Shown here piece by piece: positions 42,571-53,626 of a DNA stretch of 64,000 bases. The stretch lies in the NCBI GenBank assembly GCA_963834385.1, contig CAWIBO010000003.1, positions 96,001-160,000 of the forward strand, in the 5' to 3' direction. Below the pieces are notes generated by a model. That model was not told the origin of the DNA. It saw only the letters and a list, made by a program, of their open reading frames with translations, and did no database searches. Position 1 is the stretch's first letter, and every line of letters starts with the position of its first letter. The DNA comes from an uncultured Verrucomicrobiae bacterium (GTDB taxonomy: Bacteria > Verrucomicrobiota > Verrucomicrobiia > Chthoniobacterales > UBA10450). The translations under genes and the position numbers were made by a program.

Positions 42571-43842
42571 GTGACGAACGAGCTTCTTTACGCGGTCCTG
42601 GCCGGCGCGGGGGCGGGGCTTGGCGTCGTCCTGCTCGGTTTCATTTTCATCCGGCAGAGCCGGAAGGAACTGGTGCAGCGCCTGGAAAGCCTGCGGGAAT
42701 CGCAGGAGCGGGATGAGCGCGTTTTTCGCGAGGAGTTTGCGCGCAATCGGGAGGAGGCGGCCACCTCCGCGCGGTCGCAGCGGGAGGAACTGACGGCGGC
42801 GCTGCAGGTGTTTGGCGAAACCTTTTCCACCCAGACAGGCAAGTTGATCGACTCGAACGCACAACGCCTGGAGCTGCTGCGGGACAAGGTGGACACGCGC
42901 CTGAAGGAATTGCAGCAGGACAACGCGCAGCAGATCGACAAGATGCGGGCGACGGTGGACGAAAAACTTCAGGGCACGCTGGAGCGACGCCTGGGGGAAT
43001 CGTTCAAGCTGGTGAGCGAAAGGCTGGAGCAGGTGCACCATGGCCTGGGCGCGATGCAGCAACTGGCCAGCGACGTTGGCGGGCTGCAGCGGGTGTTGAC
43101 CAATGTGAAATCCCGCGGCGGCTGGGGCGAAGTGCAACTGGGGACACTCCTGGAACAGGTCCTGACCGCCGAACAGTTCGCGCGCAACGTCAAAACGCGT
43201 GAGGGCAGCGGCGAGATGGTCGATTTCGCGGTCCGGCTGCCCGGCGACGAGAACGGGGCGCCGGTCTGGCTGCCGATCGACGCAAAATTTCCGACCGAAG
43301 ATTACCAGCGCCTGATCGCGGCCCAGGAATCGGCCGACCTGGCCGCGACCGAGGAGGCGATGAAAAATCTCGAGCTGGCGCTGCGCAAAAGCGCGCGGGA
43401 TATCTGCTCGAAATACATCAACCCGCCGCGGACGACCGATTTCGCGATCATGTTTCTTCCCACGGAAGGTCTGTACGCGGAGGCGATCCGCCGCGTGGGT
43501 TTGGTTGAGCAGGTCCAGCGCGATTGCCGGGTCATCTTTGCCGGACCGACGACGCTGGCAGCCCTGCTGAACAGTTTGCAGATGGGGTTCCGGACGCTGG
43601 CGATCCAGAAACGGTCGAGCGAAGTCTGGAGCCTGCTCTCCTCCGTGAAGACGGAGTTCGGCAAGTTCGGCGGCGTGCTCGATGGCGTGAAAAAGAAGCT
43701 GCAGGAAGCGTCGAACAAGATCGACGAAGTCGACCAGCGTTCGCGCGTCTTAAGGAAAAAGCTGAGCAACGTCGAAGAGTCGCCAAGCCATCCCGAGCCG
43801 CTCCTGCCGGAGCTCCTCCCGCCTGAGGAAGAGGAGGAATAA
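42571..43842 (+). CDS. rmuC: DNA recombination protein RmuC
   Basis: KSRGGWGEVQL, LPIDAKFP, SKYINPPRTTDFAIMFLPTEGLYAE, GPTTL. Confidence 0.95.
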   Translation: MTNELLYAVLAGAGAGLGVVLLGFIFIRQSRKELVQRLESLRESQERDERVFREEFARNREEAATSARSQREELTAALQVFGETFSTQTGKLIDSNAQRLELLRDKVDTRLKELQQDNAQQIDKMRATVDEKLQGTLERRLGESFKLVSERLEQVHHGLGAMQQLASDVGGLQRVLTNVKSRGGWGEVQLGTLLEQVLTAEQFARNVKTREGSGEMVDFAVRLPGDENGAPVWLPIDAKFPTEDYQRLIAAQESADLAATEEAMKNLELALRKSARDICSKYINPPRTTDFAIMFLPTEGLYAEAIRRVGLVEQVQRDCRVIFAGPTTLAALLNSLQMGFRTLAIQKRSSEVWSLLSSVKTEFGKFGGVLDGVKKKLQEASNKIDEVDQRSRVLRKKLSNVEESPSHPEPLLPELLPPEEEEE

Positions 43843-43858
43843 GGCGGGCTGGGAGGGC

Positions 43859-44074
43859 GTGAATCGTGAATGGTGAATCGTGAATGGTGTGCGGGTCGGC
43901 TTCTTCGGTAGGGCGACGCTCTGCGGAGCCTGGGAGCACGCGCCGCCAGCTGTGAAACGAGGGCTAACTCCCGGCTCTTCGTCTTCCTCTGCTCTTTCTC
44001 GGTGCCCTCTGCGGTCTCTGTGGTAAGTCTCCTGGTTCGCCTGCTCCCAGGCTCGACGGAGTCTCGCCCCACCG
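43859..44074. repeat. Composite intergenic repeat: 7-mer tandem, GTAG-REP doublet and internal 9-mer tandem
   Basis: (GTGAATS)x4 at 43859-43886; 33 bp imperfect inverted repeat 43906-43938 / 44042-44074; 9-mers at 43998-44024. Confidence 0.8.
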
Positions 44075-44103
44075 GGTGGTCTGGACGCGGGCGAAAATGT
44101 CCT

Positions 44104-45873
44104 CTACAGGACTTCAGGCCACTTGGCCTCGTCCTTGAGCATGATCTCGCGGAGAAGACGGATGGGGGGCATCCCCTGGTCGAGCATGGTGTCGTGAAAC
44201 TTCTGGAGGGAGAACTTGTCGCCCTCCTGCGCCTTGTAATCGTCGCGCAGCTTGAGGATCTGCAGTTTGCCGAGGGTGTAATTGAGGTAACCGGGATCAT
44301 AGGTGCCGCGCATGGCCTCAGCCCGGGCCGGTTTTTCCTCATAATAACTGTTCTCCATGAAGAAACGCGTGGCCTCGTCCACGGTCATGTTCTCCGTGTG
44401 CATCTTCACGGAAACGCAGAGCCGGCAGAGCCGGAGGAGCGCTTCCATGGCCTGGGCCATGCGGTATTTGGCCGCGCGCGCCTCATCCTGCCCGGGCGCG
44501 CCGTCCGCGGCGGGGCTGCGGCCGAAGCCTTCGTCGAGCATCATCTTCTCGGTGTAATGGGCCCAGCCCTCGATGAAGGCGTAGCTGCCGAAGATTTTCT
44601 CGAGCCGGTTGGCGGAGGAAGCGTTGAGGCGAAGGAACTGGGTGTAATGGCCGGGGTAGGCCTCGTGGATGGAGACCACGTCGGTGGTGTAATAGTTGAA
44701 CTGGCTCAGCCACTCTTCCTGCTGGTTCTCCGGCCAGTCCGGCTCCACCGGGGTCACATAATAGTAAGCCTCCTTGGCCTTGCGCTCGAAAGGCCCGGGC
44801 GTGTCCATCGAGGCCGTGCTCGTGGCGCGCTGATACTGCGGGGTTTCTTTCACCTTCACCCGGACCTCGGAGGGAATGGTGACCAGCTTGTTTTCCACGA
44901 CGAACTTGCGGATGGCCTCGAGATTGTTCGCCGTGTCCGGGATCAGCCCGGCGGCGGTCGGGTGTTCCTTCTGAATCAGCCTGGCCACATCCTGCGGGGG
45001 GAGGGTGGGATCAATTTTGCGAGCCGCCTCCGCAAAGGCGTCCTGTTCCTTTTTTAATTCGCGCAGGCCGATCTCGAGCACGCGGGCCGGCGGCAGGTCG
45101 ACGAACTCGGTTTCCGCGAGGAGCCGGCGATATTTTTCCTCGCCCAGGGCGTAGGAGGCGGTGGCCTTGGGCAGCTTTTGTTTTTCCAGCCAGGCGGCGT
45201 AATCGGTCAGGGCCATGGCGGCTTTGCGGTTGGTCTCGGCGAAGAGGGTGCGCAGCTTGTCGTCCTTGATCTCGGCCACGGCGGAAACGAGGTCTTTGCG
45301 CAGGAAATCGGCGGAACCGCGCGCGATCTGGATGGCCAGCTCGACGTGGGGCCGGGGAAGTTCCTGGGCGAGGTTGGTGCGCGCGGCAATCATGACGTTG
45401 GGCGCCTGCGCCAGGATGGAAACGATGTTGCGGACGCGGTCCTCCAGCGGACCGAAATTGCGCGCGATGTAGATGTTGACGTCAATGGCGCCGGCGTAGG
45501 TCATCGGGTTCATCTCGTAAACCCGCATGTCCTCGATGCGGAAAAGTTCGCGGCTGATGGCGGACTGGAGGATGCGCAGGTCGATGCCGTTGCGAGGGGT
45601 GAGTTTGCCCAGCTCGAATTTTTGCAGGCGGTCATCAAAACGCCCGAGCCGGTGCAGTTCGGCCTCGACCCCGAGGGCGGTGTAATCCGCAATCTTGCCG
45701 TCATACTCATGATAGCCGAGGGCCACGGCCTCGAGCGGGCGCGCCTTCAGGTAACCGCTGATGAATTCCTCCGCGACCCGGGCGAAATCGGCGTCGTCGT
45801 TCTGGGCCAGCGCCGGCGTGAGAGTCATGAGGAGAAAGCCAAGGAAGAACGGAAGGAGGCGCAAGGGAATCAT
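44104..45873 (-). CDS. DUF885 family secreted protein (putative metallopeptidase)
   Basis: Signal peptide, HEAYPGHY, EGWAHYTE, YLNYTLGK, FHD. Confidence 0.88.
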   Translation of the reverse strand: MIPLRLLPFFLGFLLMTLTPALAQNDDADFARVAEEFISGYLKARPLEAVALGYHEYDGKIADYTALGVEAELHRLGRFDDRLQKFELGKLTPRNGIDLRILQSAISRELFRIEDMRVYEMNPMTYAGAIDVNIYIARNFGPLEDRVRNIVSILAQAPNVMIAARTNLAQELPRPHVELAIQIARGSADFLRKDLVSAVAEIKDDKLRTLFAETNRKAAMALTDYAAWLEKQKLPKATASYALGEEKYRRLLAETEFVDLPPARVLEIGLRELKKEQDAFAEAARKIDPTLPPQDVARLIQKEHPTAAGLIPDTANNLEAIRKFVVENKLVTIPSEVRVKVKETPQYQRATSTASMDTPGPFERKAKEAYYYVTPVEPDWPENQQEEWLSQFNYYTTDVVSIHEAYPGHYTQFLRLNASSANRLEKIFGSYAFIEGWAHYTEKMMLDEGFGRSPAADGAPGQDEARAAKYRMAQAMEALLRLCRLCVSVKMHTENMTVDEATRFFMENSYYEEKPARAEAMRGTYDPGYLNYTLGKLQILKLRDDYKAQEGDKFSLQKFHDTMLDQGMPPIRLLREIMLKDEAKWPEVL

Positions 45874-45954
45874 GGGTGGTTGGGGGCAAACGTTAGCGGG
45901 CTGTTTGGCCGTTGCCAAAGATTTCCGGCTACGCGAGAATGCTGGACGCTGCGC

Positions 45955-47283
45955 ATGAAGAAACTCGTTTTCCTCGCGATCATCGGCGCGGGGCTGACGC
46001 TCGGCTTCGCAGCCGAGCCGGATGCTTTTGGCCAGGTGCGCGAGCTGCCGGTCGGGGAAGCTTCCCCGGCACCGGTCGATGAGGAGACGGGTTACGCGCA
46101 GATCGCGGTCTTTGCGCGGGCCCTGCAAATCCTGCGCCAGGATTATGTCGACGAGGGCAAGACAGGTTACCGCGACCTCGTGACGGCGGCCCTGAAAGGA
46201 ATGCTTTCCTCCCTCGATTCGCACAGCGCCTACATGGAGCCGGACGATTTCCAGGACATGCAGGACGACACCCGGAGCCGGTTCAACGGGCTGGGGGTGG
46301 AGGTTTCCATGAAGAACAACGTCCTCACGGTGATTGCGCCCATGGAGGGAACGCCGGCGGCCAAGGCGGGCATTCTTGCGGGCGACCAGATCCTCAAGAT
46401 TAACGGGCGTTCCACCGAGAAGATGCAGATGCAGGACGCGGTCACGGCCCTGCGCGGCGAGGCCGGGCAGAAGGCAACTCTGACCATCCTGCGGCCTTCG
46501 ACCAAGGAACTGAAGGACTACGTCCTGGAACGCGTGGAGATCAAGGTGGCCAGCATCAAGGGCGCGCGGCTGCTCGATCAAGAGCTGACCGGTCCTTACA
46601 AGATCGGTTATGTGCGGCTGGTGCAGTTCAACGAGCCGACGGCGGAGGACCTGAGCCGGGCGTTGGACGAGCTGGAGAAGCAGGGCATGCAGGCTTTTGT
46701 TCTCGATCTCCGCAACAATCCCGGCGGTCTTCTGACCAGCGCGGTGGATGTCTGCGCGCAGTTTCTGCCTCCGCAGACCAAGGTGGTTTCCACGCAGGGG
46801 CGGGTCGCCTCGCAGCAGAACGAGTATGCCACTCCGCGGTCCGCGAAGGCACGCGCCCGGTTTCCCATGGCGGTCCTGGTCAACCAAGGCAGCGCCAGCG
46901 CGGCGGAGATTGTCTCCGGGGCCCTTAAAGACCTGAAACGGGCCATCGTCGTGGGCGAAACCACCTTCGGCAAAGGCTCGGTCCAGAACGTCATGCAGCT
47001 CCCGGACGGTTCGGCTCTTCGCTTCACCACCGCGAAATACTACACCCCGGGCGAGCAGGTCATTCAGGGACATGGCGTCGCCCCGAATATCAGTGTGCCG
47101 ATGAATGCGGAACAGGAACGGGCGCTCATGACGGCCCGGAACGCCGACCACCTCAAGCCGGAGCAGGAAACGGAGATCATCAAAAACAAGGATCCGCAGC
47201 TGATGCGCGCGATCGATTCGCTCCGCGGGGTCATGGTTTACGCGGGCCAGCCGGCGCCGAAAGTGGATCCGACCCGGCGCTGA
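45955..47283 (+). CDS. Carboxyl-terminal processing protease (S41A)
   Basis: PDZ domain, LDLRNNPGGLL, SASAAEI, TFGKGSVQ, YYTP. Confidence 0.93.
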   Translation: MKKLVFLAIIGAGLTLGFAAEPDAFGQVRELPVGEASPAPVDEETGYAQIAVFARALQILRQDYVDEGKTGYRDLVTAALKGMLSSLDSHSAYMEPDDFQDMQDDTRSRFNGLGVEVSMKNNVLTVIAPMEGTPAAKAGILAGDQILKINGRSTEKMQMQDAVTALRGEAGQKATLTILRPSTKELKDYVLERVEIKVASIKGARLLDQELTGPYKIGYVRLVQFNEPTAEDLSRALDELEKQGMQAFVLDLRNNPGGLLTSAVDVCAQFLPPQTKVVSTQGRVASQQNEYATPRSAKARARFPMAVLVNQGSASAAEIVSGALKDLKRAIVVGETTFGKGSVQNVMQLPDGSALRFTTAKYYTPGEQVIQGHGVAPNISVPMNAEQERALMTARNADHLKPEQETEIIKNKDPQLMRAIDSLRGVMVYAGQPAPKVDPTRR

Positions 47284-47332
47284 AACGGCTGCGGCGTGGC
47301 CCGGCACCCGGCGCCGTTTACGCACCGATATC

Positions 47333-48349
47333 TTGAAGACCATCCTCGCGCTCGAAACGTCCTGTGACGAAACCGCCGTGGCCGTGCTCCGCGGGAGAGA
47401 CCTGCTGGCCTCGGAAGTTTCCTCACAGGTCGACCTGCACGAACCGTATGGCGGCGTGGTTCCCGAGGTGGCTTCGCGCAATCATCTTCGGCAGGCGCCG
47501 CGGCTCCTGCAGCGCGCCCTCGAGCGCGCGGGGACGGACCCGGCCGGGATCGATGCCTTCGCAGCCACCAGCGGCCCCGGCCTGGCCAGTTCGCTTATGA
47601 TCGGCGCCTCGATCGCAAAGGGCCTGGCCCTGGCGACGGCGCGGCCGTATCTCGCGATCAATCACCTCGAGGGACATTTGCTCTCGCCCTTTTTCGGCGA
47701 GGAAAACATCGAGCGACATGTCGGCCTCGTGGTCAGCGGCGGACACACCCTGCTGGTGGAAGTCCGGGGGGTGAACGATTACCGCCTGCTAGGGCGAACG
47801 CAGGATGACGCGGCCGGCGAGGCCTTCGACAAGGTCGCCAAGATGCTGGGCCTGGGTTACCCGGGCGGACCGGCCATTGAAGCCACCGCGCGCGGGGGCG
47901 ACCCGGCCCGATATGCGCTGCCCCGGAGCATGGCGGGCTCGGGCGACCACGACTTCAGCTTCAGCGGGTTAAAAACGGCGGTGCGTTATCTTCTGCCCGG
48001 GGCGTTGGGCACGGCCGAGGGAACAGATCGCGACCGAATCGTGCGCGACATCTGCGCCTCGTTCCAGGCGGCGGTGGTCTCGGTCCTGACGCGCAAAGCC
48101 GTGCGCGCCGCGCAGGCCGCAGGCGTGGCGCAAGTGGCGGTCAGCGGGGGCGTCAGTGGCAACGGCGAGCTCCGCCGTCAGCTCAAGCAGGCGTGTGACC
48201 AGGCCGGGCTTCGCCTGCGAACCGCCGAACCCGGTTTGTGCACGGACAACGCGGCCATGATCGCTTTCGCAGCCTCGCTGCGGCTCGCGCACGGGCTCGT
48301 TTCGGAAGTGACGGAGGAAATCGATCCCAACCTTCGCGTGGCCGCCTGA
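47333..48349 (+). CDS. tsaD: tRNA N6-adenosine threonylcarbamoyltransferase TsaD
   Basis: ETSCDET, GGVVPEVASRNH, HLEGH, SGGHT, DDAAGEAFDK, CTDNAAMI. Confidence 0.96.
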   Translation: MKTILALETSCDETAVAVLRGRDLLASEVSSQVDLHEPYGGVVPEVASRNHLRQAPRLLQRALERAGTDPAGIDAFAATSGPGLASSLMIGASIAKGLALATARPYLAINHLEGHLLSPFFGEENIERHVGLVVSGGHTLLVEVRGVNDYRLLGRTQDDAAGEAFDKVAKMLGLGYPGGPAIEATARGGDPARYALPRSMAGSGDHDFSFSGLKTAVRYLLPGALGTAEGTDRDRIVRDICASFQAAVVSVLTRKAVRAAQAAGVAQVAVSGGVSGNGELRRQLKQACDQAGLRLRTAEPGLCTDNAAMIAFAASLRLAHGLVSEVTEEIDPNLRVAA

Positions 48350-48361
48350 TGCCGCGGCACC

Positions 48362-49243
48362 CTAGTATTCGCGGTCGAGGAGATAATCGGCCAGTTCACG
48401 CAAACGAACCGCCCGGGTCCCCAGCGCAGCAAGTGACTTGTGCGCCGATCGGGTCAGCCGCTGTGCCTCGCGCCGCGAAGCCTCCAGGCCGATGACGGCG
48501 GGATAAGTCGCCTTTTGCGCGGTCAGATCCTTGCCCGCGCTTTTCCCCAGCTTTTCCGAGGTCTGGGTCACGTCCAGGACGTCGTCGATGACCTGAAAGG
48601 CGAGGCCGAGTGCGCGCCCGAAGCCGGTGATGGCCCGGAGCTGCGCGGCGGTGGCGTTGGCACTCATGGCCCCGAGGCGAACGGAGGCGCTGAGAAGCGC
48701 GGCGGTTTTGTTCTCGTGAATGTAGCGGAGCTGGCGCCGGTCGATTTTTTTCCCTTCCGCCTCGAGGTCGGCCACCTGGCCGGCAATCAGGCGCCGGCTT
48801 CCGGCGGCCACGGCCAGTTCGCGAAGGATGAGGGCCAGCGGATAACGGCGGGGTGGTTTCACGCGGGCGACGATCTCAAAGGCCACCGTGAGGAGGGCGT
48901 CGCCGGCGAGAATGGCGATGCCCTCGCCGAAGACCTTGTGGCAGGTGGGGCGTCCCCGGCGGAAATCGTCGTTGTCCATGCTCGGCAGGTCGTCGTGCAC
49001 CAACGAATAGGTGTGGATGCATTCGACTGCGCCGGCCAGGGGGAGGGCGGCGGTGATCTTCCCGCCGCAGGCCTCCGCGGCCGCGAGGCAAAGGATGGGG
49101 CGGAGACGCTTGCCGCCGGCGAAAAGGCTGTAGCGCATGGCCCGATGGATGGTGGCCGGCTTTTCCGTCTCGCGCGGGAGGAAACCTTGCAGGGCGCGGT
49201 CGACCCGGGTCTGGCGCTCCCGGAGGTAAGCCTTGAGTTCCAT
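48362..49243 (-). CDS. ispA: Farnesyl/geranylgeranyl diphosphate synthase
   Basis: GGKRLRP, HDDLPSMDNDDFRRG, FQVIDDVLD, GKSAGKD. Confidence 0.93.
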   Translation of the reverse strand: MELKAYLRERQTRVDRALQGFLPRETEKPATIHRAMRYSLFAGGKRLRPILCLAAAEACGGKITAALPLAGAVECIHTYSLVHDDLPSMDNDDFRRGRPTCHKVFGEGIAILAGDALLTVAFEIVARVKPPRRYPLALILRELAVAAGSRRLIAGQVADLEAEGKKIDRRQLRYIHENKTAALLSASVRLGAMSANATAAQLRAITGFGRALGLAFQVIDDVLDVTQTSEKLGKSAGKDLTAQKATYPAVIGLEASRREAQRLTRSAHKSLAALGTRAVRLRELADYLLDREY

Positions 49244-49328
49244 GGCGGGGCGAATGTGGGAATTCCGGGGCCGGGAGGCAACCGCAAAAATTCCCGGACG
49301 CCTGTTGTTATCTATGTAACAATACAGC

Positions 49329-49598
49329 ATGACAACAAAGAAAGAGAGCCTGCGCCCCCGGGTCCGGCGCGTCCAGGTCGGCGCGCGCATGGAGAAAAAT
49401 CTCGTCAAGGTCCTCAAGGGCCTGGCCGAATACCTCGATCTCACCCTGGGCGATCTCCTCGAGGGCATCACCCTGCACGCCCTCGAGGGAAAGGCGCCCT
49501 TCAGCCCCGCCACCCTCGCCCAGGTGAAAAAGTTGCGGAGCGTCTACGGCCTCACCCTGCACGCCGCCGACAGTCATCGCCTCGAGGAGGAGCCGTGA
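49329..49598 (+). CDS. Small hypothetical protein, ribbon-helix-helix-like
   Basis: RVQVGARM strand followed by two helices (LVKVLKGLAEYLDLTLGDLLEGI). Confidence 0.65.
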   Translation: MTTKKESLRPRVRRVQVGARMEKNLVKVLKGLAEYLDLTLGDLLEGITLHALEGKAPFSPATLAQVKKLRSVYGLTLHAADSHRLEEEP

Positions 49599-49999
49599 AG
49601 CGCCCCCGGGAGGCCGCCGACGAGGTCACGGCCGCTTTCCTGCGCGGCCAGGCCACGGCGGACCGATTTGATCATGTGGCCCATCTCCGGGCCGCCTTTT
49701 TCCTGCTCCAGATCCGTCCCTTCCCCGAGGCGCTGGCGCTCTTTTCACGCAATCTCCGGCGGCTGGCGCGCAGGGCGGGTCGTCCCGGGCTCTATCACGA
49801 GACGATGACCGTGGCGTTTTTCTCTCTCCTGGCAGAGCGCGTGGCGCGGCAGGAGCCCCGGGACTTCGCGACTTTCCTGGCGGCCAATCCCGATCTCACC
49901 GGCCGGCGTTGCCTCGAGAGATGGTATGATGCCGGGACCCTGGCTTCGCCGGAAGCGCGACGCACTTTTCTCCTCCCGCGGCCGGCCGCGCACGTTTGA
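49595..49999 (+). CDS. Conserved hypothetical protein
   Basis: GTGA overlap and GAGGAG RBS; motifs FDHVAHLR, YHETMTVAF, SPEARRTFLLP. Confidence 0.7.
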   Translation: MKRPREAADEVTAAFLRGQATADRFDHVAHLRAAFFLLQIRPFPEALALFSRNLRRLARRAGRPGLYHETMTVAFFSLLAERVARQEPRDFATFLAANPDLTGRRCLERWYDAGTLASPEARRTFLLPRPAAHV

Positions 50000-50091
50000 T
50001 TTCGGTGCGGGCCGGGCCCGGGCGCGAATTTCTTTTCGCTCGCATACCGCCGTTTTATGGCGCAGAAACGTCATGAAAGCGGGAGATGCAC

Positions 50092-51045
50092 ATGATGAGA
50101 ATCTTTTCACAAATGATGGCGGGCGCGGCGACACTGCTGCTCCTGGTGGCGCCGGTGGAAACAGCCAACGCCCAGAAGAAGAAGAGCGGTGACCCGGGCG
50201 GGCACCTGGCCAAGGCCGAGGAGCTGGCCAAGGGCGGGCAATTCGACCAGGCGATTGCCGAGATGACGCAGGCGATCGAGAAGCGGCCGACCGCGACCAA
50301 TTACAATAACAGGGGCAACATTTACCGCGCGGCCGCCACGACGCAGAACGACCCGGCAAAGTTCCAGCTGGCCGTCGCCGATTACACCAAGGCGATCGAG
50401 AAAGCGCCGGGAGAGATGCAGGGCTATTTCGAGCGGGGCCAGACTCTGACCATGCAAAAGGATTACGCCGGGGCGCTGCCCGACCTGGACAAGGCGGTGG
50501 AACTCGGGCCGAAGGCGGCGGCGCCTCACAAAGTCCGCGGAATGACCTATCTCAACCTGCAGGATTACCAGAAGGCGGAGCCGGACCTGAACAAGGCCAT
50601 TGAGCTGAAAGCGGACGACCCGGTGAGCTACGAACGGCGGGCGTTGATCCACCGGAACAATCGCAATTGGGACGCGGCCCTGGCCGATTACAACAAGAGC
50701 ATCGAGCTGGCGCCGGAGAATGCGGAAACCCTGGTGAGACGGGGCTACACCTACAGCCTGATGGGCCGCTATCAGGAGGCGGTCAACGATTACAAGGCCG
50801 CTTTGGCGATTCGCCCCGGCGATTTCGAGACCGAAGAACGCCTGCGTTATGCGCAGGGCATGATGGCCCCGCGCACGCAGGCGCCGGCCCAGCAGCAACC
50901 ACAGCAGGCGGCGGCGCAGGCCACCCCGGAAGTGGAGAAGAAGGGGGGCTTCCCGGTGGGATTGGTGGTCGGGGTGGCCGTGGCTTTGGTGGCGGGGTTC
51001 CTGGTCTTCATGCGCGTGAAAACGCAGCGGGCCAGCGTCGACTAG
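50092..51045 (+). CDS. Tetratricopeptide repeat protein (signal peptide, C-terminal TM)
   Basis: Repeated RG...A.ADY.KAIEL.P units. Confidence 0.9.
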   Translation: MMRIFSQMMAGAATLLLLVAPVETANAQKKKSGDPGGHLAKAEELAKGGQFDQAIAEMTQAIEKRPTATNYNNRGNIYRAAATTQNDPAKFQLAVADYTKAIEKAPGEMQGYFERGQTLTMQKDYAGALPDLDKAVELGPKAAAPHKVRGMTYLNLQDYQKAEPDLNKAIELKADDPVSYERRALIHRNNRNWDAALADYNKSIELAPENAETLVRRGYTYSLMGRYQEAVNDYKAALAIRPGDFETEERLRYAQGMMAPRTQAPAQQQPQQAAAQATPEVEKKGGFPVGLVVGVAVALVAGFLVFMRVKTQRASVD

Positions 51046-51153
51046 GAGAGGCTGAAGAGCGCGGTTCGGAAGAGCCGGGCCGGGGCTGGCGGTGCCGGTT
51101 TTTGCCGGGGGAAGAAGCGCGAGGCGGCCTGGGCCGAAACGGAAGAAATTTCT

Positions 51154-51181
51154 TTGACACCCGAAACGCGGCTGCTAGCTT
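51154..51181 (+). promoter_or_regulatory. Putative sigma70 promoter of the tRNA-Thr/tuf operon
   Basis: TTGACA-N16-TAGCTT with an extended TG. Confidence 0.55.
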
Positions 51182-51317
51182 GCCGACGCTTTTTGCGAGA
51201 GGGGAAAGTCCCAAGGTCGTTCAAATTGCAGAATTTGCGGCGGCTCTGGGATTTTTGATTCTCTGGCGACAAGCAACCGGTTGTTCCGCCCCAAGCGGGA
51301 TGAGCAGAAAATGAGCG

Positions 51318-51393
<76 letters not shown>

Positions 51394-51464
51394 GAGCGGG
51401 TCCGGAAACCGGGAGCAAACCCACACGAAGACGCAGTTTAGTTTAAACCGAAAGAAAAACCGAA

Positions 51465-52649
<1,185 letters not shown>

Positions 52650-52674
52650 ATTGTCCTCAGCAGTCGCAACTTAG

Positions 52675-52747
52675 ACGCCAGTAGCTCAATTGGTAGAGTA
52701 GCGGTCTCCAAAACCGTCGGTTGGGGGTTCGAGTCCCTCCTGGCGTG
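52675..52747 (+). tRNA. tRNA-Trp(CCA)
   Basis: ACGCCAG/CTGGCGT acceptor stem, anticodon CCA, TTCGAGT T-loop; the 3' CCA is not encoded. Confidence 0.95.
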
Positions 52748-52791
52748 ATTTTGCGAGGCTGCTGAAAAAGAGCGAAACCGTTGCCTGAACC

Positions 52792-53007
52792 ATGATCACC
52801 CGGACCAAAAACTTCTTCAACGAAGTCAAAGTGGAGCTGCAAAAAGCCTCGTGGCCGTGGGATCCGAAGGAGAAGGGCACCAAGCGCTACAAGGAGCTGA
52901 CCGATTCGACCATCGTGGTCATCATCGCGATGCTTCTGCTGGGCGGCTACGTTTCGCTCTTCGATTTCGTCATCGTGAACTTCGTCCACTTCTTTACCCG
53001 CCTCTAA
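52792..53007 (+). CDS. secE: Preprotein translocase subunit SecE
   Basis: EVKVELQKASWP, single TM; lies between tRNA-Trp and nusG. Confidence 0.92.
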   Translation: MITRTKNFFNEVKVELQKASWPWDPKEKGTKRYKELTDSTIVVIIAMLLLGGYVSLFDFVIVNFVHFFTRL

Positions 53008-53011
53008 TTCG

Positions 53012-53578
53012 ATGCCGCAAACGCTTGCAGCCAAGGATCAGTGGTTCGTCGTGCACGTGCTCTCCGGCCAGGAGAACAAGGTGCGCGATAACCTGGAAAA
53101 ACGCGTCCAGCAGGAGGAAATGGGCGATGTGGTCTTCGAGGTCCTCGTCCCGACCGAGCGCGTCTCCGAGATCAAGAAAGGGAAAAAGAGCGAGACCACC
53201 CGCAAATTCTTTCCCGGTTACCTGATCGTGAACATGCACCTGCTCGACGAGAACAACCAGCTCATCGGGCGCACCTGGTATTTCATCCGGGAAACGCCGG
53301 GCGTGATCGGATTTGCCGGGACCAAGGACCGTCCCATCCCCATGCGCCCCTCCGAGGTGGAGAGCATGCTCGCGCAGATGCGCGAGCGCGAGGAAAAGGT
53401 CAAGCCGAAGGTCAGCTTCGAAGTCGGCGAAACGGTCAAGGTGGCCGATGGACCTTTCCAGAACCAGAACGGCATCGTGGAAGAGATCGATCCCGAGCGC
53501 GGCAAGCTCCGCGTTTCCGTCACCATTTTCGGCCGGGCCACACCGGTCGAACTCGAATACTGGCAGGTCGAAGCGTAG
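53012..53578 (+). CDS. nusG: Transcription termination/antitermination factor NusG
   Basis: WFVVHVLSGQE, KFFPGY, KOW motif DGPF, IFGRATPVEL. Confidence 0.97.
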   Translation: MPQTLAAKDQWFVVHVLSGQENKVRDNLEKRVQQEEMGDVVFEVLVPTERVSEIKKGKKSETTRKFFPGYLIVNMHLLDENNQLIGRTWYFIRETPGVIGFAGTKDRPIPMRPSEVESMLAQMREREEKVKPKVSFEVGETVKVADGPFQNQNGIVEEIDPERGKLRVSVTIFGRATPVELEYWQVEA

Positions 53579-53626
53579 GCTAGGCCGCCGTCAGGATTCA
53601 TTTCTCAACCCTCAACTTTCCGAAAA

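Noticed and set aside
45874..47481. 1125-aa ORF (44104-47481, minus) and other long antisense ORFs opposite mrdA, rng, tuf, rpoB and rpoC
   Set aside because: These are shadow ORFs typical of high-GC coding DNA. The DUF885 protein starts at 45873, and the upstream part is antisense to the S41 protease.
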